Below are positions 19,262 to 29,653 of a DNA stretch of 64,000 bases, in pieces. Below the pieces are notes generated by a model, which saw nothing but the letters and a program-made list of their open reading frames with translations, was not told the DNA's origin and made no database searches. The stretch covers positions 1,344,001-1,408,000 of the forward strand of contig OY969807.1 of assembly GCA_963703285.1 (NCBI GenBank), given 5' to 3'. The position numbers and the translations under genes were made by a program. Origin of the DNA: an uncultured Nitrososphaerota archaeon (lineage in GTDB: Archaea > Thermoproteota > Nitrososphaeria > Nitrososphaerales > Gagatemarchaeaceae). The number at the start of each line of letters is the position of its first letter. Within the stretch, counting starts at the first letter, position 1.

Positions 19262-19381
19262 GACGCGCCGTCGCCCCGCCAGGGTGGTAAAAGTGCGTAT
19301 CGGCCGGACGCTCCGGCCGGGAGCGCGCCCCCCGGGCCAAGAGCTTTTTAAGGCGAGGTGATTTCGAGCATCCCGATTGAT

Positions 19382-19816
19382 TTGAGAGCAGCCTGCGAGG
19401 TCTGCGGAGGCCCCATGAGGACCGGGCCCAACAAGGTCGAGATCGACGGGGCGATTATGGTGGTCTGCGGCGGCTGCGCAAGGCTCGGGAGGCCCGTTGG
19501 CGGTGCGGTCGTGAGGGAGGTGCACCCCCGGCCGATGCAGGCGGGCTTCAGGCCCGCGCAGGCCCCGGCTGCGCCGGAGGCTTCGTACGAGATCGACCCG
19601 GACTACAACGTCAAGATTAGGCAGGCGAGGGAGAAGATGGGCCTCTCGCAGGAAGACCTCGGGAGGATGCTCAACGAGAAGCTGTCCGTTATCAGGATGG
19701 TGGAGTCGAAGAAGCTCAAGCCCGACGCCGTCCTCACCCGGAAGCTGACCCACCACCTGAAGGTGACTCTGATGGTCCCCCTCTCCGAGCTCGAGGGCGG
19801 GAAGCTGTCCGCCTGA
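19382..19816 (+). CDS. mbf1: Multiprotein bridging factor aMBF1 (Zn ribbon + HTH)
   Basis: CEVCG..IDGA..VCGGC; IRQAREKMGLSQEDL HTH; TATA TTTTTAA at 19345-19351. Confidence 0.9.
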   Translation: MRAACEVCGGPMRTGPNKVEIDGAIMVVCGGCARLGRPVGGAVVREVHPRPMQAGFRPAQAPAAPEASYEIDPDYNVKIRQAREKMGLSQEDLGRMLNEKLSVIRMVESKKLKPDAVLTRKLTHHLKVTLMVPLSELEGGKLSA

Positions 19817-19858
19817 AGTCCGCTGGTACAGTCCAGTCCTTGGTCGGAGAGCGGTCGC

Positions 19859-20395
19859 TTGAGCGCGGAGAAGAGCATCAGGATCCTGAGGATAGGTCAC
19901 AGGTACGTCAGGGACTACAGGACGCTGACGCACCTCTGCCTCACATCCAGGGCGCTCGGTGCGGAGGCCGTCTACCTCGAGGAGATCGACGACGGACTCT
20001 TGGAGAGCGTCCAGGAGGTCAACGACGCCTGGGGCGGCGGGTTCCAGGTCCTGAAGGTGCCCTCCTGGAGGTCGGCCTTCTCGGAGGCGAAGAGTGAGGG
20101 GAGGAAGATCGTCCACCTCACGATGTACGGGCTGCCGCTGCAGGAGAAGGCCGAGGAGCTCAGGGGATACTCCAGCTTCCTCATAGCGGTGGGGGGCCCG
20201 AAGGTGCCCGGCGAGGCGTACAGGCTGGCGGACTACAACGTCGCGGTGACGTCCCAACCCCACTCCGAGATAGCGGCGCTCGCGATAGCGCTGCACGAGC
20301 TGCAGGGGGGAGAAGAGCTTAAGAAGGAGTTTGGGCCCTCAAAGCTGAAGATAGTTCCTTCTGAAAGAGGAAAAAGGGTAGAGAAAGCAACGTGA
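19859..20395 (+). CDS. trm56: tRNA (cytidine(56)-2'-O)-methyltransferase
   Basis: LRIGHRYVRD, VHLTMYG, VGGPKVP, NVAVTSQPHSEIAAL. Confidence 0.95.
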   Translation: MSAEKSIRILRIGHRYVRDYRTLTHLCLTSRALGAEAVYLEEIDDGLLESVQEVNDAWGGGFQVLKVPSWRSAFSEAKSEGRKIVHLTMYGLPLQEKAEELRGYSSFLIAVGGPKVPGEAYRLADYNVAVTSQPHSEIAALAIALHELQGGEELKKEFGPSKLKIVPSERGKRVEKAT

Positions 20396-20901
20396 AGATA
20401 GAGTACGAGGATACATTCGTGAAAGTGGCGGGGCTCATCGGCGGCCCCGACTACGTCCGGGTAGCGAGGGCGCTGCTGAACAACGAGAACGCCACCGACG
20501 AGGAGATAGCGTCTGCGACGGGATTGAAGATAAAGACCGTCAGGAAGTCGCTCTACGACCTCTTCGGGAGGTCCCTGATCACCGGCGTCAGGGTGAGGGA
20601 CCCCAAGAGGGGCTGGTTCGTCTACAGGTGGAAGGCCCAGCGAGACCAGACCGACGGCTTCATACAGACGCAGAAGAGGAAGATCCTCAAGAGGCTGCAG
20701 CAGCGACTGGAGTACGAGGAGGCGCACGAGTTCTACCACTGCGGGACGCAGACCTGCGTGACGAGGACGTTCGAGGAGTCGATGGAGTCGTTCTTCAAGT
20801 GCCCGACGTGCCAGAGGCCCCTGAACAGGATCGACAACGCTGACCTCAAGGCGGCCCTGCGCTGGAAGATCAAACAGCTCGAAGAGGACATCAGCAAGTG
20901 A
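20392..20901 (+). CDS. tfe: Transcription factor E (TFE alpha)
   Basis: TDEEIA..LKIKTVRKSLY, GWFVYRW, FYHC..FKCPTC. Confidence 0.93.
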   Translation: MKIEYEDTFVKVAGLIGGPDYVRVARALLNNENATDEEIASATGLKIKTVRKSLYDLFGRSLITGVRVRDPKRGWFVYRWKAQRDQTDGFIQTQKRKILKRLQQRLEYEEAHEFYHCGTQTCVTRTFEESMESFFKCPTCQRPLNRIDNADLKAALRWKIKQLEEDISK

Positions 20902-21434
20902 TCCCCGACGAGGGGCAGGCGCTCGCCCTTCACGCAAAGTACGGGAGCAGCGAGAGGATAATCGAACACTGCAGACTCGTGGCGAGGGTCTCCGTCATCC
21001 TGAGCGAAGCAATCGTGAAGAATGCAAGGCCATTCAACGCGAAGGCGGTCCTCGCTGGAGCCCTCCTCCATGACATTGGGAGGACGAGGACGCACGAGGT
21101 TGGGCACGGGTGGATCGGGGCGAAGATTCTGGAGGAGGAGGGCGTCGATCAGGTCGTTGTCGAGATAGTGAGGAGGCACGTGGGGGCGGGAATCTCTCCG
21201 GAGGAGGCCGAGAAGCTCGGGTTCCCGCAGGGTGACTACATTCCCAGGACGCTTGAGCAGAGGGTCGTCTGCTTCGCCGACAAGATGGTGGGCGGGGATG
21301 GCGTCAGGCCGTTCGAAGAGGAGGTGAAGAGGTACGAGCGAAAGGGGCACGACGTGCAGAGACTGAAAAAGCTGAAGGCTGATGTAGCGGCTGACTTAGG
21401 GAGAGACCCCGAGAAGGTCGTCCTCGGTGAATAG
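20898..21434 (+). CDS. HD-domain protein (TIGR00295-like)
   Basis: IEHC, GALLHDIG, RRHVGAGI, YIPRTLEQRVVCFADK; conserved position after tfe. Confidence 0.9.
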   Translation: MIPDEGQALALHAKYGSSERIIEHCRLVARVSVILSEAIVKNARPFNAKAVLAGALLHDIGRTRTHEVGHGWIGAKILEEEGVDQVVVEIVRRHVGAGISPEEAEKLGFPQGDYIPRTLEQRVVCFADKMVGGDGVRPFEEEVKRYERKGHDVQRLKKLKADVAADLGRDPEKVVLGE

Positions 21435-21549
21435 ACACCACGTGTAGCGTTTGCTGCTGGACCGCGAATGGTTGAACAGTCGCCTATGCTGTAGTCACAA
21501 GATTTTGCAAAAAGGTACGTCGGGAGACAGAATCCGCTTGATTCTGTGC

Positions 21550-21638
21550 TGTCTCCAAAATGCGAGACATCAACCCCCTGGATGTCTACAAAAAACGAGA
21601 CGCGATGAGACGCGGCGATGTCTCCCAAATCCGAGAGG
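21550..21638. repeat. Three copies of a 20-bp palindromic motif TGTCTC-N8-GAGACA
   Basis: 21550 TGTCTCCAAAATGCGAGACA; 21583 TGTCTACAAAAAACGAGACG; 21619 TGTCTCCCAAATCCGAGAGG. Confidence 0.6.
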
Positions 21639-21862
21639 CGCGTCTCACGCATGAAGGCGATGAGAGTGTTTCGGGTAATTGCTCCTAATCTGTCGGACCC
21701 GTCTAAAAGATGCACAGGGCTAAGAGGATACTCGACTGGTTTGGAGAGAGGGGAACTGTCCGTTCGAGGTTGGAGACTGCGGAGTTCTCTGGTGGGTGTC
21801 CACCTCCATGCCAAATACGCAAATACAGAAGAATAATAAACCGCTGATAATCCGCATGGGTC

Positions 21863-21983
21863 AGCGAGGGCAGCAGCGTGCGCTTTTGCGCCTGAAGAGG
21901 TGGGGAAGCCAGGTCATCCCGGCGGGCTCATAAGCCTCGGCAGAGAGACCCGCAGACCGGAGGTTCAAATCCTCCCCTCGCTA
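21863..21983 (+). tRNA. Initiator tRNA-Met (CAT) with two introns (acceptor stem ~4/5, 21867-21897; canonical 37/38, 21933-21947)
   Basis: Acceptor AGCGAGG/CCTCGCT-A with A1-U72; GGG/CCC anticodon stem; CAT at 21929-21931; T-loop GGTTCAAATCC; BHB-like structures at both introns. Confidence 0.9.
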
Positions 21984-22093
21984 CCTATTGTTTAGCGCGA
22001 AGCGCCGGTCCGACCATGAACTCCGTCTCGAACGCGCTGTGCGGCGGATGATCGCACGCTCGGCGGTCAACCGAGATGCGGCGACCAGCTCGC

Positions 22094-23089
22094 CTAGACC
22101 TCTTTCTCGAAGTTGCGCCAGATCGCGTACCTCCTGAAGCCGATCTTCCTGTTCAAGCCCAATATTGGCGCATTCTGAGAGTTGTTCCATGTCTTGACGA
22201 AGATCACGCCATGCTTCTTCGCCCAGAGCAGGGTGCGGAGCTTCAGGGTCTCGGCGATGCCCCTTCCCCTGAATTGACGCAGGACGCAGGTGAAACCGGT
22301 CGTGAGAAACCTCGGGTAGCCTTCGCCCTTCTGCAGGAAGCTCTCACCCACGTAGCTCCCCCGATGCTTCGCAATCACCCACGCGTCCTCGACGGTCCTT
22401 GGAGAATTGTACACCAGGTCCGCGTATTCCGAGAGCTGCATCCGTCGCCACCTGTCGGGCGCAGGCACGTCACGTCCCGCCTCGCTCTCCATCTCGTACA
22501 GATCCCGGGAGAACTCCGGGTTGGTATCCTTCTCCTCCGCGAAGGTGGTGAACGCTATCGATTCATCACCGAAGCCAGCTATCGCATCCTCGAGTCTGGC
22601 CTGGGTGATCCTGCGAAGGTCCAGCCTCGACTCGATGCTGCTGCTCACTTCTTGGAACCCTCCTCCCTTGAGGCGAGACGTTGAGAAACCGTCTCTGCTG
22701 CTAGCGAAGGCGGTGAGCAGCCGTGCTTTCCTGTCTCTCGCAGTGCGCTCCAACCGCTCGAAGAGCGCCTCCCAGACGGCCGATTTCCGGAACTTCCGGT
22801 CGACCTCGATGCTCACGTTGAGCTTCCCGGGTTGATACCTCTCGACGCGCTCAGAGATCTCCCCGCAGCCAACAACCCTTCCGTTGAGGCCGACCCCTAG
22901 GTATCGTCTCAGGAAGTACCCGTTTCGTCTGATGGTGGCATCTTCGTGCTTGAGCTCAGCCATGGAGAGCGCGTAGTCTGGCGCCGCCGAGTTGATGAGT
23001 CGCCTGACAGCAGGATAGTCTGAAGGGAGGAAGTCTCTCAGCCTTAAAGCGGGTAACGCAGCCCCCTTCGAACCCCTCGCGCCGGCCAA
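22094..23089 (-). CDS. GNAT acetyltransferase (tandem GNAT domains)
   Basis: TGFTCVLRQFRGRGIAETLK, TWNNSQNAPILGLNRKIGF. Confidence 0.88.
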   Translation of the reverse strand: MAGARGSKGAALPALRLRDFLPSDYPAVRRLINSAAPDYALSMAELKHEDATIRRNGYFLRRYLGVGLNGRVVGCGEISERVERYQPGKLNVSIEVDRKFRKSAVWEALFERLERTARDRKARLLTAFASSRDGFSTSRLKGGGFQEVSSSIESRLDLRRITQARLEDAIAGFGDESIAFTTFAEEKDTNPEFSRDLYEMESEAGRDVPAPDRWRRMQLSEYADLVYNSPRTVEDAWVIAKHRGSYVGESFLQKGEGYPRFLTTGFTCVLRQFRGRGIAETLKLRTLLWAKKHGVIFVKTWNNSQNAPILGLNRKIGFRRYAIWRNFEKEV

Positions 23090-23268
23090 CTACCGTCGGC
23101 GACGAGTGTGTCCGTCTCCGGATATGAAGTATTGCTCCGGCGAAAACGTCAGGCGTTTTGCCGATGTTGGGGCTTCGCCGACGGGACTGGCGGGTCCTCC
23201 TTCTCGCAGGAACGCCCAACGCCTCCATAACTGATTTATCAGCGGGTGACGCCAGACCTCTCGCAAGC

Positions 23269-25210
23269 TTGTCACAAGGGCAGCGGAGACTCGCCGCCAT
23301 AATGTTCACCGACATGGTCGGGTTCACGGCCATGGGGCAGACCAACGAGTCGCTCTCGCTGGCCCTGGTGGACGAGCAGAGGAGGCTGATTCGGCCCGTC
23401 CTCGCCAGGCACGACGGAAGGGAGGTGAAGACCATCGGCGATGCTTTCCTGGTGGAGTTCGCCAGCGCCCTCGACGCGGTCAACTGCGCGGTCGAGATCC
23501 AGTCTGCCCTGAAGGAAGCGAATCGCTCCGCCGCTCCGGAGCGGAGGATTACCCTCAGGATAGGGATACACCTGGGAGACGTCGTCCACCAGGGCGCCGA
23601 CGTGGCCGGCGACGCGGTCAACGTCGCCTCGAGGATAGAGCCCCTCTCGCCCCCGGGAGGGGTCTGCGTCTCCGCCCAGGTCTATCACAGCGTGGTCAAC
23701 AAGGTCGAACAGCGGTTCGAGTCGCTGGGTGTCCCCGAGCTCAAGAACGTTGTCACGCCCATCGAGGTCTTCCGCATCTCGGGCCTGGGGGAGGCTCCGG
23801 AGAGGCCCGCGCAGAGGACGCCGAGGCCGAAGGAGAGGGTCGCGGTCCTGCCGCTCGACAACTTCAGCCCAGACCCCAACGACGAGTACTTCGCCGACGG
23901 CGTGACCGAGGAGCTGATTGACAGGCTCTCCCAGGTCCGGGACCTCAGGGTCATCGCGCGCACATCGGTGATGGGTTACAAGAGGAAGGAGAAGAAGGTC
24001 TCCGAGATAGCCAGGGAGCTCGGCGTGGGAACGATCGTCGAGGGCAGCGTGCGCAAGGCCGGGAGCAGGATAAGGATAACGGTGCAGCTCATAGACGCCG
24101 CGACCGAGGAGCACCTCTGGTCCGACAGGTACGACAGGGAGCTGGACGACGTCTTCGCGGTACAGACGGAGATCGCGTCGAGGATCGCCGCGGCCCTGGC
24201 GACCCAGCTAGCTTCACCGTCTGTCCGCGCCTCGGCCGAGACCACTGACATCGAGGCGTACACCAGCTTCCTGCGCGGGCGGAAGCTGCTGAGCGAAAAG
24301 GGGTCGGAGGAGAGCATCCGGCAGGCGCTCGCTTTCTTCGAGGAATCCGTCCGTCGGGACCCGTCGTTCGCCAAGGCGAGGGTGGGCGTGGCGGAGTGCC
24401 TGGTCTGGCTGGGCAGTGAGGGCGCGATTCCGTACGTCGACTCCGTCACACGGGCCCGCGGGGAGCTGACGAAGGCGCTCGAGCTTGACGACGCGCTCGC
24501 AGAGGCTCACTCGGTCCTCGCCGGGCTCATGATCGGGCAAGACGACGTCAGCGGATGCGAGAGGGAGGCCCGCCGGGCGATGGAGCTCAACCCCAGCCTC
24601 GCGGACCCCTACCGATGGCTCGGCCAGGTCGCCGCGGGCGACGGGAAGATTCGCGAGACGGTGCGCTTGCTCGAGGCAGCCCAGCAGGTCGACCCGCTGG
24701 ACACCAACGTCACGGCGTTCCTCGGACGCGCATACATGTACGCTGGGATGGAGGCCGAGGCGCTGGCGCACTGGGAACGGACCAAGCCGCTGATCCCGTT
24801 TCGCACGAACGCGCACATGACGGAGTACCACCTGGGAAGGGCGGACTACGCCAAGGCCGGGGAGACGCTCCGGGAGATGGAACGCCTGAGGCCGAACAGC
24901 GTCTGGACAGAGATGTACAGGGGGGTCCTCGCAGCGCGGCTGGGCGATGCGGGAGGCGCCCGGGGTTCGATTCGAGCGGCTCGAGAAGCGAGCCGAAGGA
25001 GGAGAGCTGACGATCATCCACTCCGGCTTCGTCCACTTCGCCCTGGGGGAGGATGACGAGTTCGTCGCGTGCATGGAGGAGGCCTTCCGGCTGCACGATC
25101 TGCCGTTGTTGGAGCTGACCTACTCGCCCCTGTTCGAGCCCGCGCGTCGAGACGCCCGCATCGTAGATCTTCTGAGGAGGCAGTCGGAACTCTCTCATAA
25201 GGCGCGTTGA
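23269..25210 (+). CDS. Class III adenylate/guanylate cyclase + TolB-like N-terminal domain + TPR; frameshift near 24971
   Basis: RRLAAIMFTDMVGFT, KTIGDAFL, RIGIHLGDV, GDAVNVASR; VAVLPLDN..YFADGVTEE; TPR repeats; ORF 24947..25210 continues the C-terminus. Confidence 0.88.
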
Positions 25211-25317
25211 CGACGGGAGCCGCGCCGGGGTCGGGCTGGGCCGCGCACCCTGCGTCCATCACACTAAAATACCGAGATAGGTGCTAGGACAGAAGAATCG
25301 TCTCAGCGTGTGAGCTA

Positions 25318-26823
25318 TTGCATCCTAACAAGTTGATAATCATCGGACTGGACGCGGCGGACTACCAGCTGACGGGGGACTTCATGCAGAATGGAGACAT
25401 GCCCAGGCTCTCCTCGATCAGGGACAGGGGCTCGTTCTCCCGCCTGAGGTCGGGCATCCCTCCGCAGACGGCCCCTGCGTGGACATCGATCACAACCGGC
25501 GTCAACCCGGGCAAACACGGGATATACTACTTCTACGACTTCTCGACTACGCCCCTCACCATAACCAACGCGACGTATTCGACGACACCCCGGATCTGGG
25601 ACTACGTCCAGGCCGTGAACGGGAGGTCGGTGGTGGTAAACGTACCGCTCACCTATCCGGCGCATCCGGTCTCGGGGTTCATGGTCTCCGGGATACCCCC
25701 TTGGTACTTCGACGAGAGGTCGGTCTACCCCACGGGCCTCATGGACAGGCTGAGGAGCTCCGGCTACGAGATAGACGCTCCTATGAGCCGTGGCCTCGAG
25801 AGGCATCCGGACGAGCTTGTGAGCCGGCTTGTGGCGACCGAGGCGAGGAGGGTGGACCTGTTCCTGGACCTACTCAAGGAGGGCGAGTGGTCGTTCGGCA
25901 TGGTCGTCCTCACGGCCCTCGACCGGCTTCAGCACAAGGTGCTCGGCAAGGGGGAGAAGGAGAACGCGGCCGTGAGACGCGGCTACAGCGAGGTCGACGG
26001 GTTGGTCGGACGCATCGTGGACTCCGTCGGCGGGGCGGTCAACCTCCTCGTGCTCTCCGACCACGGCTTCAACCGGCGGCCGGTCGCATTCTATCCCAAC
26101 TCCTGGCTGTACGGCGAGGGTCTGCTCAAGAGGAAGTCCTCCGCCCGGTACCGGCTCACGATGAAGGCACACGACGTCCTGGACGGGCACCTTCTCTGGC
26201 TGCCCCAGAGCCTCACAAAGAGGTTCCAGGGCGCGACGACGGTCATACATACCATCGACGCGGTCGACCTGGGGGCATCGCGAGCGTTCGTCCCGGGGAC
26301 GGATGGGGTCATGGTCGTCAGGTCGAAGGAGGACGAGAGCAGAATCATCTCCGGCCTCTCCCAGCTGAAGGACGACTCGGGAGAGGAGATCTGCAGGGTC
26401 TACACCCGGGATCAGGTGTACAAGGGCGAGAGGCTCGCATCTGCCCCGCAGCTCCTGATCGTCCCCCGCGACGACGTCAACATAAGGACCGACCCGTTCA
26501 GCCGCAGCGTGACATCGAGGTCCGGGAACTTTCCGAGGGGCAACCACGGATCGAACGGGATAATCCTCGCGGCGGGGCCCGACATCGCGAAGTCGGAGGG
26601 CGGCGACCCGTGCCTAGAGGACGTGGCGCCCACGTCACTGGCTCTCTTGGGCATAAGCGCCCCGGACTCGATGGACGGGCACGCCATCAAGGGAATCCTC
26701 ACCGCGGACGACAACCGCCCACTGGAGGCGGCCGACGTCGTGAGGGACCCCGGAAGTTACGCTTTTTCCAAGGAGGACGAGAAACTAGTCATTGACAACC
26801 TCCAGCGACTCGGCTACACGTGA
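25318..26823 (+). CDS. AlkP-superfamily (nucleotide pyrophosphatase/phosphodiesterase-like, COG3379-type) protein with LGY C-terminal tail
   Basis: IIGLDA, PPQTAPAWTSITTGVNPGKHG, LSDHGF, GNH..G; ends FSKEDEKLVIDNLQRLGYT; no signal peptide. Confidence 0.88.
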   Translation: MHPNKLIIIGLDAADYQLTGDFMQNGDMPRLSSIRDRGSFSRLRSGIPPQTAPAWTSITTGVNPGKHGIYYFYDFSTTPLTITNATYSTTPRIWDYVQAVNGRSVVVNVPLTYPAHPVSGFMVSGIPPWYFDERSVYPTGLMDRLRSSGYEIDAPMSRGLERHPDELVSRLVATEARRVDLFLDLLKEGEWSFGMVVLTALDRLQHKVLGKGEKENAAVRRGYSEVDGLVGRIVDSVGGAVNLLVLSDHGFNRRPVAFYPNSWLYGEGLLKRKSSARYRLTMKAHDVLDGHLLWLPQSLTKRFQGATTVIHTIDAVDLGASRAFVPGTDGVMVVRSKEDESRIISGLSQLKDDSGEEICRVYTRDQVYKGERLASAPQLLIVPRDDVNIRTDPFSRSVTSRSGNFPRGNHGSNGIILAAGPDIAKSEGGDPCLEDVAPTSLALLGISAPDSMDGHAIKGILTADDNRPLEAADVVRDPGSYAFSKEDEKLVIDNLQRLGYT

Positions 26824-28450
26824 CGCGCTCTCGGCGGGGACGTCCCCCGGGCCCGAAGCGTTCCCGTCCGGGCTACCGATAGGCAGGACGGCGCAGGTCG
26901 CCCCGGCTGTGGGCTCGACCGCGCTCGGTGTGGGCGACCCGACGGCCTCGGCGAGGGCGAAACACATCGCGTCCGGCATCAGGTCGCTCACGATCCAGAA
27001 CTTGGTCAACAGCGTCCTCGGGTTCGTCTTCCTTACGACGCTGCTCCGACTCCTGTCACCCTCGGACTACGGTCTCTTCACTTCGGTCCTGCTCGTGACG
27101 ACCATCGGGTCGTCGATCGCCTTCTTCGGCCTCCAGTCAGCCGCGACGAGGTTCGTCTCGTTCATGTCGCGCAACGAAGAGGAGGCCAGGGTCGTCTCGA
27201 GGACGATAGTTGTCCTCTCGCTCGTCTTCACCTCCGCCGCCACCGTGGTCTTCGTCCTGCTCTCGCCGATGATCGCCCTTTACTTCACGAAGAGCACGGG
27301 CTCCGCCTGGGTCTTCGCGGCGTCGGGCGTCTGGCTCTTCTCCAGCACTATCTCGGGCATACTCCAGGGCCTCGTACAGGGCATGAGGAAGTACAACTCC
27401 CTCGCGAGGATTCTCATCGGCTCCAACCTGGTGATGGTCGTCCTCACGGTGGTGGGGCTGATGGAGTTCCACAGCGTGCTCGTCCCCATCGCTGCTTCCG
27501 TCGCGTACGGTGTCTTGATAATCGTCTGGTCCCTCTCCATCACTCGCAGACCCCTCCTTGCCGCGGAGACCTCCGGAATGGGGAGGCGGACGCTCAAGCA
27601 GGTCCTCCGATACTCGATTCCGCTCGGGATCGCAGGGATCCTGACGGTCGTCACCGGCGCCGGTGACCCGCTGGTCGTCGGCGGCTTCCTGAGCGAAACG
27701 CAGCTCGGCGCGTACTTCGCGGCCATCGCCATCTCGGGCGGCCTCGGCGTGCTTCTCTTCACCCCGCTCAACACCGCCTTCTTCCCCGAGACCTCGTCGA
27801 GCGCGAACGACCCCAAGAAGCTCTCCGCCGGCCTGAGGCTCGCCTTCAGGTACACCGTGCTCGCCATGATCCCCGTCTCCTTCGCGCTAGCCGCCCTCTC
27901 CAGGCAGATGATCAGCCTCTTCTCCGGCGGCGCGTCCTCCTACCTCACGGCCGACCTGTCGCTCAAGCTGATGTCGGTGTTCTTCCTCTTCGTGGCGATG
28001 CAGGGGATACTCACATCGCTGCTGCTCTCGACCGGGAAGACCACCCAGGTGATGATGATAGGGGTCGTCACCGTAGCGCTCGACCTCGCGCTGTCCCTGT
28101 TCCTGGTCCCCAGCTTCGGGCTGCTGGGTGCCGCCACGAGCAGAATCCTCGTCGACATCGCTGGGTTCATGATGGCGCTCTACCTGACGAAGAGCTACCT
28201 GTCCGCCGTCCCCGACGTGGGTTTCCAGGCCAAGGTCCTCGCGTCCTCGTTCATCATGCTCGTCGCGCTCTCCTGCTTGTCCGTGTTCCTGTCGCACAGG
28301 ACGATGACGCTGCTCCCGTACTCCATCGTCGGCGGCGCCATCTTCCTGCTCTGCGCGCGCGGGATGCACCTGTTCACCGAAGAGGACAGGCGATACATTG
28401 AGAACTTCATGCCGCGGAGCATGAGCAGGCTGGTCCGCGTCCTGCTCTAG
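26792..28450 (+). CDS. MOP-family oligosaccharide flippase (Wzx-like)
   Basis: LRLLSPSDYG, FGLQSAATRF, QLGAY, LVPSFGLLGAA; ~14 TM. True start uncertain. Confidence 0.85.
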   Translation: MTTSSDSATRDALSAGTSPGPEAFPSGLPIGRTAQVAPAVGSTALGVGDPTASARAKHIASGIRSLTIQNLVNSVLGFVFLTTLLRLLSPSDYGLFTSVLLVTTIGSSIAFFGLQSAATRFVSFMSRNEEEARVVSRTIVVLSLVFTSAATVVFVLLSPMIALYFTKSTGSAWVFAASGVWLFSSTISGILQGLVQGMRKYNSLARILIGSNLVMVVLTVVGLMEFHSVLVPIAASVAYGVLIIVWSLSITRRPLLAAETSGMGRRTLKQVLRYSIPLGIAGILTVVTGAGDPLVVGGFLSETQLGAYFAAIAISGGLGVLLFTPLNTAFFPETSSSANDPKKLSAGLRLAFRYTVLAMIPVSFALAALSRQMISLFSGGASSYLTADLSLKLMSVFFLFVAMQGILTSLLLSTGKTTQVMMIGVVTVALDLALSLFLVPSFGLLGAATSRILVDIAGFMMALYLTKSYLSAVPDVGFQAKVLASSFIMLVALSCLSVFLSHRTMTLLPYSIVGGAIFLLCARGMHLFTEEDRRYIENFMPRSMSRLVRVLL

Positions 28451-28472
28451 GCAGCGGGTCTCGCCGCGCGAG

Positions 28473-29367
28473 TCAGAGCTCCATGATGATGGGAGGCTCG
28501 CGCGCGCCCTCGGCCGGCGCGTGTGAGCGCGGCTTGTAGAAGAACCTGTAGAGGAGGGCCAAGTCGATGGCGATGACGAGGATCCAGAGAAGGTAGCCGA
28601 AGTTCAGCAGCCCGAAGAGGCTCCCGAGGACGACGGCCAGGCCATACCCCACGATCCAGGAGTCGAACGACATGCAGATTCTGCGGAATGTCTCGACCTG
28701 CATGTGCCTGATCACGAATATCCCGAGCGGAATCCCGAGGACGACCGGCGGCGCAACGTAGGTAAACAGCTGGAGGGACGTCGCCGTGAAGAGGCCGAGC
28801 GAGTAGTAGGTGAGGCAGGTGAGGTACGACTCGGCGATGCGGACCTGCGCGATCGCAGCCTTGAATTCGGACTTCGCCATCCCCTGGTTGTTCCAGAAGA
28901 GGGCGATAGGGGGGCCCGATATCGTGGTGATCGAGTAGAGGAGTCCGATCCCGAGCCCGAGGGGGGCGCCCGCCCTGGCCTCCGACTTTATCGGGTGCCT
29001 GAAACCGGCGGCCTGCAGGAGGATCAGGGGCAGAATCGCCACTTAGACTATAAGCCGTACCCAGAGCGGGGCTATCGACGTCAGCAGGTAGCTCCCGACT
29101 AGGACTCCCGGGACGAGGGCGGCGATGACCGGCAGGGCGCGCTTGAAGGTCTTCTTGATGTTGGACTTGCCTGCGAACCCGAGCATGACCGTGTTCATGC
29201 ATGCCTCGGTCGCGACGTAGACGGGGTTTGATGATCTTGTTGACGACCACCAGGATGGCGAGCGGCGTTGACATGCTAGAGTACCCGTAGCCGAGGCTGC
29301 CGTTGACGAAGGAGGCCCCGAGCGAGAGCAGCGTGAGGAAGACAAGGACGTCGACGCTCAGGAGCAA
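28473..29367 (-). pseudogene. TauE/SafE sulfite exporter family, disrupted (extra A ~29228; in-frame TAA 29043-29045)
   Basis: SFVNGSLGYGYS, TTISGPP; three pieces rejoin into one ~295-aa membrane protein. Confidence 0.75.
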
Positions 29368-29430
29368 TTTCCGCCGAGTGCCCAGACCGGTTATAATCAT
29401 ATATAATTGTACTGAGGAGCCACGCCCGCT

Positions 29431-29649
29431 TTGGGCAAGTACACCACGGTATCGATACCGACGACCCTTCACGAGAGGATAGAGAAGATGATCTCCCAGA
29501 AACCCGGATTCAAGTCTGTCTCGGACTACGTGACGTACGTCCTGCGGGAGATAGTCGCGATGCACGAGACGGAGGAGATCCCGGACCCATTCTCGAGCAG
29601 GGACGTCGAATCCATCAAGGAACGGCTGAAGGCGCTCGGGTACATCTAG
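29431..29649 (+). CDS. RHH (CopG) regulator with LGY C-terminal tail
   Basis: KYTTVSIP..GFKSVSDYVTYVLRE; ends FSSRDVESIKERLKALGYI. Confidence 0.85.
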   Translation: MGKYTTVSIPTTLHERIEKMISQKPGFKSVSDYVTYVLREIVAMHETEEIPDPFSSRDVESIKERLKALGYI

Positions 29650-29653
29650 GTGA

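Noticed and set aside
18848-20296. 482-aa minus-strand ORF
   Set aside because: Antisense to mbf1/trm56; only its last ~115 codons (PUA gene) are real.
21550-21638. Possible CRISPR array
   Set aside because: Only three degenerate 20-bp units with 13-16 nt spacers and no cas genes; no CRISPR array seen in the window.
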